A stretch of DNA of 64,000 nt, taken from a bacterium (lineage in GTDB: Bacteria; JAJVIF01). Below the pieces are notes generated by a model that was not told the DNA's origin, did no database searches, and was given only the letters and a program-made list of their open reading frames with translations. Made by a program: the position numbers and the translations under genes. Positions 17,378-26,701 of the stretch are shown here, in pieces. Position 1 is the first letter of the stretch; every line of letters starts with the position of its first letter. The stretch spans positions 1,258,598 to 1,322,597 of the forward strand of contig JAJVIF010000001.1 in assembly GCA_022072165.1 (NCBI GenBank). Reading direction: 5' to 3'.

Positions 17378-19804
17378 ATGCCGCGTTGTCTGACCGCACG
17401 ACTGCTGACGCTCTGCTTCCTCCTGTGCAGCAGCCTGTTGTTTGCGCCAGCCGTGCTGGCGCAGGGCGATGGCGCATCCGGGGTGGAAGAGACCGAAGCC
17501 ACCGCGGCGACCGATGCCAGTGGCGCGTTCCGGATGCAGGTGGAGGTCCCCTTCGGGACCGCCCGGCAGGAGAGCGTGAATCATCTGGTGGTCCTGCTGG
17601 AGAATGCCGGGCCCGATTTCTCCGGGACACTGATCCTGAGTACGGTGAGCTGGATTCCGCACACCCAGTATTTCCAGCAGGTCGAACTGGCTTCCGGCAC
17701 CACCAAGCGGTTCACTTTTAATGCCTTCGAAGGGACCCAGCCATCGTTCCAGGCGATCCTGCTCGACAGCCAGGGCAACGAAGTCTTGCGGCAACCGGTG
17801 ACGCCCTTCGCCAGCGCTTCCAGCGATGTGCAGATGGTGCAGTTGGGAGGGCATCGGTCGGACTTCGCCGCGCTTCAGGGCGACAGCCTGGCCCTGCGGA
17901 TGAGCATCGCGGATCTCATCGATGATGCGGGCGCGATCAAGAACAGCTTCGCCCTCTCCGCGATGCAGATGCAGGAGCCGGACATTCCGCTCCTCGCGTA
18001 CCGATACCTCCCGCCAGAAGCCCTCCCCTCGCAGTTGCTGGACCTGCTGGGGCTCAATCTCATCGCCATCGACCTGGGACAGTGGCAACGCCTGGCTCCC
18101 GCCCAGCAGGAGCTGCTCACCAGCTATGTCCGGTTCGGCGGACGCCTCCTCCTGTATCCAGCGCTGGATTATGGGTACCCCAATCAGACTCTGGAGCATA
18201 CTTTGCTGCCGGTGCCTCTGGAAGTCGGTTTCGACCCGGCAGCGCCGGCTGACTTAAGCGGGATGCTGGCACTCTTTCCGCAATGGCGCGGATCGCCTGA
18301 TCGTCCACTCCGCTTCCTGCGACCGAAATCCCCACCAGCGGAAGCTGAGCTACTCCTTTCCAGACTTTCCTTTCCTGGTGGTCGCACCCTCCTGCTGAGC
18401 CGCCCGGAGGGCTTCGGACGTGTCGCGCTGCTCACTATGCAACCAGCCCTCCTGAGTGATGGGGCGGGGGGCGACAAGTATCTGATGCAATTGCTGGACC
18501 GGACCGGGCTCCTGGAATCGAGCGGGGTCCAGTTCTATCGCTCCGGGACCGGAGGGTTCAGTATGGGGAGTGGCGCGGTACGTCCACGGGGACGTTTCTG
18601 GCGCGCCGCAACTCCCCGCTTCAATTTCTGGCTGGCGAACTACGCCCAGGCCATGAATCCCGGCAGCTTTCGCCCGTTTAGGGGAACGCAATCGACCTTC
18701 AGACTCACCGCAGTCCCCCTCGCTTTTCTGCAACAGGAAGGCTGGAAATTGCTGATCTGGGGGGTGCTGGTCGCGGGAGTAATGCAGCTGATCGTGACCG
18801 TGCGACGTCGCATACCCCTGGTCTGGCTCGCCCTGCCGCTGGCCGCTGCCCTCTTCGTGCTGACCTTCACCCCGGTCGCCGTACAGATCGAGACCCCGTA
18901 CCGCTACGAGGCCTGGAACATTCTCCGCTTCCCCGGGACCGGAAGTCAGGCGTTCCTCGCCTCAGCGTCCTGGGTAGCGAATCTCTCGCGCCACGGGACG
19001 CCGCAGGTCCTGAGCAGCACCCAGAGTGACTTCTTCTTCGATGAGTTTGTCTATCGCGATGACCCGCTGTTCCGGTCGGCGGTGCCGCAGGATTACCCGA
19101 CTGTCCAGCATCGCCAGGGCGCGACTCCGGCCATCGTGCAGCTGCAGCCGCATCTGCTCGGCGATCCCCGGCTCCTGCTGGGATGGGGTCCGGTCACCAC
19201 GGATGGCCAGCTCTCAGGCGTGATGCGAGTGAACGGTCCCGATCAGGGAGTCCAGCTGGTGCTGACCAATGACACCCCCTGGCCAGTCCGCGGAGGGCTC
19301 CTTCTGCTGGAGAGCGAGTATCTCTACATCGAAGGGGCGGCAGTTCCGGCGGTCCCGGCCGGTGACAGCATCACGATCACGCTTGATCCCAAAGCAGTGA
19401 CCTACCGGCTGGATCAGACCACCAAGCGGCACATGCCGACGCCCATCTTCGATTTGCCCATTCGTGATCTGCCGCAGATCCTGCGGGGCTGGGCGTATGA
19501 GCAGTCGCAGGTGCTGTATGAGGAGGTGCGGCTGCAACAGGACCTGGAGTTCACCAAACCCACTCCCGAGCACACCTTCCTGCCGACTGAAGCCCTGTTT
19601 GTCGGTGAGCTCGAGGGGGGCGTGTTGCCCCTGGAACTGGATGGCCGGACGCCCGAGGGGCGACGCTTCACGCTGGCGACCTGTCCGGTCCGGATCGAAT
19701 GGCATCCCGCGCTCGGATTACGTCAGCCTCCCTTCACCTGGGAGTACTACCCCGGAGGGGCAGCGACTGTCCTGGAGCGCTTTCCTGCAGAGCGTCGGGA
19801 GTAA
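17378..19804 (+). CDS. Large secreted/membrane hypothetical protein (808 aa), paralog of 13939..16608
   Basis: ATG at 17378 with a signal peptide (LLTLCFLLCSSLLFAPAVLA). LTSYVRFGGRLLLYPA motif analogous to the upstream paralog. TM helices near aa 470-520. Confidence 0.55.
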   Translation: MPRCLTARLLTLCFLLCSSLLFAPAVLAQGDGASGVEETEATAATDASGAFRMQVEVPFGTARQESVNHLVVLLENAGPDFSGTLILSTVSWIPHTQYFQQVELASGTTKRFTFNAFEGTQPSFQAILLDSQGNEVLRQPVTPFASASSDVQMVQLGGHRSDFAALQGDSLALRMSIADLIDDAGAIKNSFALSAMQMQEPDIPLLAYRYLPPEALPSQLLDLLGLNLIAIDLGQWQRLAPAQQELLTSYVRFGGRLLLYPALDYGYPNQTLEHTLLPVPLEVGFDPAAPADLSGMLALFPQWRGSPDRPLRFLRPKSPPAEAELLLSRLSFPGGRTLLLSRPEGFGRVALLTMQPALLSDGAGGDKYLMQLLDRTGLLESSGVQFYRSGTGGFSMGSGAVRPRGRFWRAATPRFNFWLANYAQAMNPGSFRPFRGTQSTFRLTAVPLAFLQQEGWKLLIWGVLVAGVMQLIVTVRRRIPLVWLALPLAAALFVLTFTPVAVQIETPYRYEAWNILRFPGTGSQAFLASASWVANLSRHGTPQVLSSTQSDFFFDEFVYRDDPLFRSAVPQDYPTVQHRQGATPAIVQLQPHLLGDPRLLLGWGPVTTDGQLSGVMRVNGPDQGVQLVLTNDTPWPVRGGLLLLESEYLYIEGAAVPAVPAGDSITITLDPKAVTYRLDQTTKRHMPTPIFDLPIRDLPQILRGWAYEQSQVLYEEVRLQQDLEFTKPTPEHTFLPTEALFVGELEGGVLPLELDGRTPEGRRFTLATCPVRIEWHPALGLRQPPFTWEYYPGGAATVLERFPAERRE

Positions 19805-19825
19805 ATGCGTAGTTGGTGGGAAAAC

Positions 19826-19902
19826 TGGCGCGCCAGGCAGGACTCGAACCTGCGACCATCGGCTTAGAAGGCCGGTGCTCTATCCAACTGAGCTACTGGC
19901 GC
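19826..19902 (-). tRNA. tRNA-Arg (anticodon TCT)
   Basis: The reverse complement reads GCGCCAGTAGCTCAGTTGGATAGAGCACCGGCCTTCTAAGCCGATGGTCGCAGGTTCGAGTCCTGCCTGGCGCGCCA. Cloverleaf elements are present, the anticodon loop is CTTCTAA, and the T-loop is GGTTCGAGTCC. Coordinates are +/-1. Confidence 0.85.
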
Positions 19903-19921
19903 GAATCAGAATTGGCACTGT

Positions 19922-20215
19922 TTAATGCGCCGGGGGTCTGGGCGCGCCACCGTGGGATTCCAGTGAGGGCTTGTACCGCTTAATATCGGTGGACTGGCAG
20001 TGCGGACAGGCCATAGAGGCGGCGGCACCGACACCCATCAGCAGGGTGATGACCCCAATGATGAGGAGCACAATCCCAATCCAGGCCGGCAGGCTCTTGA
20101 GCGCCAGGAGCAGCACCAGCCCCCCAACCAGCAGCAGTCCACCAGTGACCTTTTCGCTTTTCCCCGCGTTGTTTTCTCCCTGCCAGCCGCAGTTCAGGCA
20201 GTGCATCCAGGACAT
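19922..20215 (-). CDS. Small membrane protein with two CxxC zinc-ribbon-like pairs flanking two TM helices
   Basis: CLNCGW at the N-terminus and CPHCQS at the C-terminus, with two hydrophobic helices between them. Confidence 0.4.
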   Translation of the reverse strand: MSWMHCLNCGWQGENNAGKSEKVTGGLLLVGGLVLLLALKSLPAWIGIVLLIIGVITLLMGVGAAASMACPHCQSTDIKRYKPSLESHGGAPRPPAH

Positions 20216-20283
20216 GCTCAGACACTCCTTACGGGGTCGCTGCTCACTGAGGTCGATTATAGAAGCCCAGTTGCGGGCAGGGC

Positions 20284-21501
20284 TCAGGGCGCGACTTCGA
20301 TAAAGGCAATACGGAACGCCCGGAGGTCATCGAGGCTGGTGCGGCTGTCGAGATCCGCAGGCTGTCGCTGATCCGAGACCGTCACCAGCAACGGGTAACG
20401 CCCGGCAAGCGGGACCTCGAAGGGGACCGCGAAGGTCCAGACGCGGGGACTGGCGAGGGTTCCCAGGCCCGTCGTGGTGCTCGGCGCGTCGTCATAGAGG
20501 AAGATCACCGGGACTTCCAGCGTGACCCCGCCCAGCCCACCTAAACCCTTGGCAGGATTCAGCCCGGCAGGATTGCTGAGATTGGGGAAGTTGGCATCGG
20601 TGAAGAAGCCCGCCTGCCAGTCCATGGCGGTAACCCGGATCGTGAGGTTGCTCGGTGCGCCAACCTGGACCGGCCCCCCTTCGATGGCGACAGTCACGCT
20701 GAAGGGCTCGTCCTGATGCCCCTCGGGCAGGAAGTAGACCGGGTTGGCTGTCCCTCCAGGGAGTTCCGGGTCCCGGTCATCGGCAGCGACCACATAGCTC
20801 GCTTCCAGCACCATCCGGAGCGTGAAGGGGCTGGATGACGGAGGCACGATGAGCATCCGCTGTTCATCCCATTGCCCGTAGGCCATCCGGTGATCCGGAA
20901 TCATCGCGCCGATCGCGACCGGGTCCGGGTTGTCTTCGGTAAAGAACGGAATGAACGGGTGGACGGTCGCCCGGAAGAGGCCGGGAATGCGTTCGGTGTA
21001 GTGGGTGGTGTACCCCACCGCGTTCGTGATGATCTGGGCATTCGTGGCAATGATGCCGTTTGCACCAGGGGGTGTTTCGTTGAACGCCTCCGCTCCCAGA
21101 GAGACCAGGACAATCGCCCGGACATCAAAGACGTCGTATTGCTTCCGTGGAAAGGTGTCCGGGAAGGGATGCCGTAACCTGAAGTCCACGGCGATCTCCT
21201 GCTGCGGGGTCAATGCGATTCGTCGGGCCTGGAAGCAGTCGAAGCAGATCGGATGCAAGGTCGCGCCGAGATCCAGCAGCAGCTCATCGCCGATCCCCTG
21301 CACCTGCTGGACCCGGGTGAGATCCACCGTCAGTGACTCCGGGTCGATGGTCAGGTCGTACTCCCCCAGCACCGCAGGACGATTGGCGACCTCGGCATCG
21401 AACACTCGGGCAGCAGGAACGCTGGGGAGGCCGGATTGGGCGCAGCCAGCCAGCAGGGCTCCGAGCATCAGTCCAGCCAGGGGAAGCAGGGAAGAACGCA
21501 T
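20284..21501 (-). CDS. Lipoprotein, hypothetical
   Basis: Signal peptide with lipobox LLAGC. Confidence 0.5.
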   Translation of the reverse strand: MRSSLLPLAGLMLGALLAGCAQSGLPSVPAARVFDAEVANRPAVLGEYDLTIDPESLTVDLTRVQQVQGIGDELLLDLGATLHPICFDCFQARRIALTPQQEIAVDFRLRHPFPDTFPRKQYDVFDVRAIVLVSLGAEAFNETPPGANGIIATNAQIITNAVGYTTHYTERIPGLFRATVHPFIPFFTEDNPDPVAIGAMIPDHRMAYGQWDEQRMLIVPPSSSPFTLRMVLEASYVVAADDRDPELPGGTANPVYFLPEGHQDEPFSVTVAIEGGPVQVGAPSNLTIRVTAMDWQAGFFTDANFPNLSNPAGLNPAKGLGGLGGVTLEVPVIFLYDDAPSTTTGLGTLASPRVWTFAVPFEVPLAGRYPLLVTVSDQRQPADLDSRTSLDDLRAFRIAFIEVAP

Positions 21502-21616
21502 AGGTCGATTCTACTCCCCTGCGTTGCTGGAGACTCGCCAGCAACAGCCCCCTACAAAACAAGAACCCATCTGCCTGAGCAGATGGGTCGCTGGAAGTGG
21601 GTGCCAGGCTGCTGGA

Positions 21617-22960
21617 CTAAAGAATCCGACGCGCCGTCACATAACCCTTGTCGTAATAGGGATCGCTCAGGGAGTCGATCTGGACTTTGCGGCCCCGGGT
21701 GCTGGCATGGACAAACTGGTTGTTGCCGATGTAGATCCCCACATGGCTGATCCCTGGACGGGTCGTGTGGAAGGCTATGACATCGCCTGGCTGGAGTTCA
21801 CTCCGTTTCACGGCCTGCCCGACCTTGGCCTGCGCCTTGGAGTTATGCGGCAGGTTGTGGCCGAAGTTTTTGTAGACTGCCAGCACGAAGCCGGAGCAGT
21901 CCACGCCTTTGGTGAGGCTCTCCCCCGCCCAGACATATCGGGTGCCGAGGTGGGAGACGGCGAACTTGGCGACCCGCTGTCCCAGGGTGCTGTTGCGGCT
22001 GGGGAGGTCGTTTTTGCTGCGGGTGTTGTCCTGCGCCGCCGCGATCCGGTCGCGCTGGGCATCGAGAGTGTTGCTGGGGATGACGATCTTCTGCCCGGCA
22101 GCGAGGACATCACGGGTCCCGATGCGGTTGGCCGAGAAGATCGCCTGACGGGTCGTGCGGTACTTCACCGCGAGGTGAGAGACGGTGTCGCCGCTCTCCA
22201 CCACATGCACCACATCGCCCTCGGGCAGGAATCCTTCATCGACGGCCGTGGAGCTCTCCAGGGAGAGGATCCCGCCGATCGGTGCCTGGGCATCGATGTC
22301 GGCTGCCGCGAAGCGGACCTTGCCTTCTCCTTCGCCGGGGATCAGCAGTGCCTGTCCTGGCATCAGCACCTGGCTAAGACTGATCCGGTTGTGCCGGGCC
22401 AGATCCTCCACCTGGATGCCGTACTTCTTGGCGACGGTCCAGAGGGACTCGCCCTTCACCAGGGTATGGCTCACCGGGTCGGGATTCGGGTCCAGCTGCT
22501 CGATGGCAGCGGCCGTCTCCACCGGAATCCGAAGCACCAGTCCCACCTTGATCATGCTGCGCTCGGTCAGGCCGTTGGCCTCCAGCAACTCCAGGAGGGA
22601 AATCTCGTGGGCTTCAGCGATCTGGGAGAGGGTGTCGCCCTTGCGGACCTGGTACTCGACTGTCTCTTGCGTGGGAGTGGTGGTGGCGGGGGACTCGCTT
22701 CCCGCTACCGGGATGGTGAGTTGCTGCCCAATGTGCAGCACCGAGTCCGCCTTCAGATTGTTGGCGGCCAGCAGTGACTCCACCGGGACACCAAACTTGC
22801 GGGAAATGGTCCAGGGGTTATCACCGGACTTGACCGTGTAGGTCACGGATGCGGCGAGGGCAGCGCCCGTCAGCAGCATCGTGCAGAGGCCCCAACTGCA
22901 GAGGGCTCGCCCCAGGTGGGCTGGCCGCAGTGCGCGGAGGTAGCGTGCGAAGCGGATCAT
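21617..22960 (-). CDS. LysM-repeat NlpC/P60 peptidoglycan endopeptidase
   Basis: Multiple LysM motifs (YTVKSGDNPWTISRKFGV..., YQVRKGDTLSQIAEAH...). C-terminal NlpC/P60 catalytic region (DCSGFVLAVY ... HVGIYIG). ATG verified at 22958-22960. Confidence 0.8.
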   Translation of the reverse strand: MIRFARYLRALRPAHLGRALCSWGLCTMLLTGAALAASVTYTVKSGDNPWTISRKFGVPVESLLAANNLKADSVLHIGQQLTIPVAGSESPATTTPTQETVEYQVRKGDTLSQIAEAHEISLLELLEANGLTERSMIKVGLVLRIPVETAAAIEQLDPNPDPVSHTLVKGESLWTVAKKYGIQVEDLARHNRISLSQVLMPGQALLIPGEGEGKVRFAAADIDAQAPIGGILSLESSTAVDEGFLPEGDVVHVVESGDTVSHLAVKYRTTRQAIFSANRIGTRDVLAAGQKIVIPSNTLDAQRDRIAAAQDNTRSKNDLPSRNSTLGQRVAKFAVSHLGTRYVWAGESLTKGVDCSGFVLAVYKNFGHNLPHNSKAQAKVGQAVKRSELQPGDVIAFHTTRPGISHVGIYIGNNQFVHASTRGRKVQIDSLSDPYYDKGYVTARRIL

Positions 22961-23102
22961 AGACAGCGTGTGACTCCTTCTCGTAGTCCCCCGGTCAGGG
23001 GAGGTCCCATGCCGGTCACATGGCGGGACCCCGATGACAGCCTGCCCCGAATGCGGGGCTGCGGCGGAAAACCGTAACACCCACCCCCCGGAGTCGCAAC
23101 CA

Positions 23103-23128
23103 GTCAATGTGAGTTTCGTTACATTGAC
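23103..23128. promoter_or_regulatory. Perfect inverted repeat GTCAATGT-N10-ACATTGAC in a divergent intergenic region
   Basis: Read directly. Lies between the NlpC/P60 start (22960, minus strand) and the 23376 plus-strand gene. Confidence 0.25.
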
Positions 23129-23375
23129 GTGATCCCGAAGAAACGTACAGCAGCAGGCTCACGGCATGATCCGTGCTTTGTCTGCCGGGGCCGATGTCTG
23201 AGTCTCCCCTCCGGAATCCGCTATTGATGCGGCTGAGCGGGCCATTTGTCACTTGTGAGAGTGACACCGCTCGCTACGGCTGCGCCCTCAGCCCGCCTGC
23301 TTCCGCAGAAAACGCCCAAACCGACTTTTCGTGAAAGAAGGCGCAAGGATCACGGAATCCCCCTCACCGCCGGTC

Positions 23376-25343
23376 ATGTCGCGTGCTCTGATCCGCTGGG
23401 GACTCCCCGGCGGCCTCCTGGCGCTCGCCTGCTGGATCATCGCGCTGCTGCCTCCGAGGGGCAGCGGCATCCTCGCGAGCCCGCCCTTCGCCCTGCCCCT
23501 CGACTCCGGGGGAGTCCTCCTCCAGCTACGGACCACAGTCCCGGAATTGCTCCTCGCGCTGGCGATCATCTCCCTCCTTGGCACTCTCATCGGACTGAGC
23601 GTCAGGATTCCTGACACTCCCTGGGAGCGTCACTCCTTCGCTGGCGGCGTCCTGACCCTGGCGGCGAGCAGTTTCGGGGTGCTGATCCTTATAGGTATGC
23701 AGCGGCATCTCACCCTGCATTCCAATGCGTACGACCTCGGCATCTTTACGCAGACCTTCGCGAATCTTGCGGCCGGACGCGGGCTGCAGTCGTCGATCCG
23801 CGGGCTGGATCACATGCTGGCGGATCATGCCCTCTTCACCTGGTGGGCCTTCGCACCCCTTTTTCGCCTGTGGCCCGATGCCCGGCTGCTCATCCTTCTG
23901 CAGGGACTGCTGCTAATGCTGGCCTGCTGGCCCCTCTGGTTACTGGCGCGTTCCCGGCTCTCGAGTGCCGGTGCTTCACTGGTGGTGCTGACCTATGCTG
24001 CCTCACCTATCCTGCACTGGTTCGGGCTCTTCGATGTTCACGAACATGCGCTGACCCCGGTCCTGGCGTTCGCCCTGGTCTGGTGCTGGGAGCAGCGCCA
24101 CTGGGGATGGGTCTGGGTTTGGGGACTGCTCTGGCTGGGGGTCAAAGAAGAAGTCGGCATCGTGTTATGCGCACTGGGACTGCTGCTGGCGTGGCGGGAC
24201 CCCGAGGGACGCGGGCACGGACTCGGTCTGGCGGTCGTGGCTTTCAGCTGGCTGCTGCTTTACACGCTGGTGATCCAGCCCGCGTTCCGGGCTGACCAGA
24301 CGTATTACTACGTCCATCGCTACGCCTGGCTGGGGGATTCGATGGGCGAGATCCTCCGGACCCTGCTGACTCGTCCGGATCGCTGGCTCCCCCGCTTCTT
24401 TGATCTGCGTCCCTGGTTCTTTGTGGGGCTCCTGCTCCTTCCACTGGCGTTGCTGCCACTGCGAGGCTGGCGCTGGTTGCTGGTGATGGTCCCGACGTTC
24501 TTCTACTCGGTTCTCTCCAACGAGCCGCTGCAAACCTCCATCTATGCCCAGTACACCGCGCCGTATGTGCCATTCCTGTTCATGGCGCTGCTCGAAGGAC
24601 TCGCGACTCCGGGTCCTGGCACCCTCACGGCCGACCGGGGAGCCGCACTGGCAGCGAGCCTGACGCTCGCGACCTCGCTGGTGTTCAGCCCCCTCCCGTG
24701 GGGACGCCCGGACATGCGGGTCGCCTGGCTCCGGGATCCCGTTGTTACCCCCGATCGACTGACGGAACTCCTGCGCTTAGCCCAGTCGGATTCCGCTATG
24801 CCTGCGCTGCTTTCCAGTCATCTGGTGCCTCATGTGGCGACCTTGCCCAACGTGCAGGTCGCGACCATGACCGCTCTGCAGAAGATGGCGCCATCACCCG
24901 GCAGCACCCCGTGGATCCTGTTCGACCCGGTCCGGATGAAGTCCGCCGAGGAGCGGGAAGCGATGGTCTGGCTCCACACGGACACCCTGCCAGATACGGC
25001 AGACGCGACTCCTGCCCCACGGCACCTGGAGCCTGGGGAAGTACAGATACACCTGACACCCCAGGGATGGGCGCTGACAGAGCCCCGGATCTCCGATGCG
25101 GCAGGGCCGCATCGGATGCTGGTGGGATGGCGAGGTCCCCTCACACGCCGGAATCTGTCGCATGTCATTCCGCTGGTGGAGATCGCGGGGATGCCGAGCT
25201 GGGTGGAAGCAGAGTTCCCCGGGGTCCCGCCCGACACGCTGGCGGTCGTCACGGTTCCCGGATCCTGGCGCCTCTCGCCTGAAGAATGGCTCCTGGATCA
25301 TTGGGATCTGTGGGCTCCCCCGCTGATCGCAGCGCCGCAGTAG
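23376..25343 (+). CDS. Polytopic membrane protein, DUF2079-like (putative glycosyl/arabinosyl-transferase fold)
   Basis: More than 10 TM segments. NAYDLGIFTQTF block with long extracytoplasmic loops. Start set at the Met at 23376. Confidence 0.45.
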   Translation: MSRALIRWGLPGGLLALACWIIALLPPRGSGILASPPFALPLDSGGVLLQLRTTVPELLLALAIISLLGTLIGLSVRIPDTPWERHSFAGGVLTLAASSFGVLILIGMQRHLTLHSNAYDLGIFTQTFANLAAGRGLQSSIRGLDHMLADHALFTWWAFAPLFRLWPDARLLILLQGLLLMLACWPLWLLARSRLSSAGASLVVLTYAASPILHWFGLFDVHEHALTPVLAFALVWCWEQRHWGWVWVWGLLWLGVKEEVGIVLCALGLLLAWRDPEGRGHGLGLAVVAFSWLLLYTLVIQPAFRADQTYYYVHRYAWLGDSMGEILRTLLTRPDRWLPRFFDLRPWFFVGLLLLPLALLPLRGWRWLLVMVPTFFYSVLSNEPLQTSIYAQYTAPYVPFLFMALLEGLATPGPGTLTADRGAALAASLTLATSLVFSPLPWGRPDMRVAWLRDPVVTPDRLTELLRLAQSDSAMPALLSSHLVPHVATLPNVQVATMTALQKMAPSPGSTPWILFDPVRMKSAEEREAMVWLHTDTLPDTADATPAPRHLEPGEVQIHLTPQGWALTEPRISDAAGPHRMLVGWRGPLTRRNLSHVIPLVEIAGMPSWVEAEFPGVPPDTLAVVTVPGSWRLSPEEWLLDHWDLWAPPLIAAPQ

Positions 25344-25391
25344 CCCGACTGCCCGACGGGCCAGCGCCGGTTGGCGGGTACACTCCACGAC

Positions 25392-26222
25392 ATGCTTCTG
25401 GCAGTCCTCGGTGATGTCCACGGCAACTTCCAGCTCGCCGCTGCCCTCCTGCAGGGGTGGATGGAAGTCCATGGCCAGCCCCTGAACGCCTGCCTGCAGG
25501 TCGGCGACCTGATGCCGAATCGGGACGCCATGGACATGGAGTTCTCAGCCGCGCAGGAGAAGAAGTACCGCTACCCCGGGGACTTCGCCCGGTACTGGTC
25601 CGGGGAACTCCGCTTCCCGTGCCCACTCCTCTTCATTGGGGGGAACCACGATCCCTGGAACTGGCTGGATGAAACCCTGACGGGCGGCTGGCTCACTGAC
25701 TGGCTCTACTACCTCGGCCGAGCGACCTCTACGGAGCATGAGGGCCTCAATATCTGCGCGCTCTCGGGGATTTATCACCCGAAGAAAAGTCTCGTCCCTG
25801 ATCGCAATCTGATGCCGCCGGCCCATACCGCATCCGACCGGAAGTCCTTCACCTATTTTGTGGAGGGGGAGATGGAGAGCCTGATCGAGCATCAGAAGAC
25901 CGATGTCCCCTGCGATGTCCTGCTCCTGCATGACTGGCCCGCCGGTCTGGATCGCCGGAGCTTCATCGGGAATCCCCTGTCGCGACGGCTGATCCTGGAG
26001 ATCGGACCCCGCCGGACGTTCTGCGGTCACATGCACCGCTACGAACAGGGATATGTCGGGGGGTACCCGGTGGTCTGCCTGAATGCGGTGAACGGTCCGG
26101 GGGATGATGCCGGCGTTGGACGGGGCCACCCGCTTTATGTCTTCGATCCGGCGGACCCGGAGTCTGGTGCGCCCTGGACCCCACCGCCGGGGCTGCTGGC
26201 GTCTTTGGGTGGTGTACGCTGA
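25392..26222 (+). CDS. Calcineurin-like metallophosphoesterase
   Basis: GDVHGN ... GGNHD ... GHMH motifs. Confidence 0.65.
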   Translation: MLLAVLGDVHGNFQLAAALLQGWMEVHGQPLNACLQVGDLMPNRDAMDMEFSAAQEKKYRYPGDFARYWSGELRFPCPLLFIGGNHDPWNWLDETLTGGWLTDWLYYLGRATSTEHEGLNICALSGIYHPKKSLVPDRNLMPPAHTASDRKSFTYFVEGEMESLIEHQKTDVPCDVLLLHDWPAGLDRRSFIGNPLSRRLILEIGPRRTFCGHMHRYEQGYVGGYPVVCLNAVNGPGDDAGVGRGHPLYVFDPADPESGAPWTPPPGLLASLGGVR

Positions 26223-26260
26223 GTCCTGCTGCCTGACCATCGCTTCCGGAAGGTGCCCTC

Positions 26261-26701
26261 ATGCCCCAGCCTGTCCCTGATACCGGCCACCCCTTCGATG
26301 ATCTGGTCGCGCTGATGGCCACGTTGCGCCATCCGGAGGGGGGCTGTCCCTGGGATCTGGAGCAGACCCTGGAGTCGCTGAAGCCCTATGTCCTGGAAGA
26401 AGCCCAGGAAGTGGTGGATGCCATCGACAGCGGCGACCGGGAAGAACTGATGGGAGAAATCGGCGATCTGATCTTCGAGGCGGTCTTCCTCGCGCAGCTC
26501 CTGGCGGAGGAAGGAACTTTCAGCATCCAGGACTCCCTGCGGCATATGAAAGCCAAGATGGTGCGTCGACATCCCCATGTCTTTGGCGAGGGGGAGGCCC
26601 AGACCCCGGCGGATGTCATGCGGACCTGGGCAGAAATCAAGGCACAGGAAAAGGCAGACAAGGCCGCCCGTGACGCGGGGAAATCCGGAGGGTCTGCCTG
26701 A
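26261..26701 (+). CDS. mazG: MazG-family nucleoside triphosphate pyrophosphohydrolase
   Basis: EEAQEVVDAI ... EIGDLIFEAVFLAQL EExxE/D motifs. Confidence 0.8.
   Translation: MPQPVPDTGHPFDDLVALMATLRHPEGGCPWDLEQTLESLKPYVLEEAQEVVDAIDSGDREELMGEIGDLIFEAVFLAQLLAEEGTFSIQDSLRHMKAKMVRRHPHVFGEGEAQTPADVMRTWAEIKAQEKADKAARDAGKSGGSA

Noticed and set aside
21005-22777. 590-aa plus-strand ORF
   Set aside because: Antisense shadow of the LysM-NlpC/P60 gene, whose minus-strand reading has unmistakable LysM and P60 motifs.
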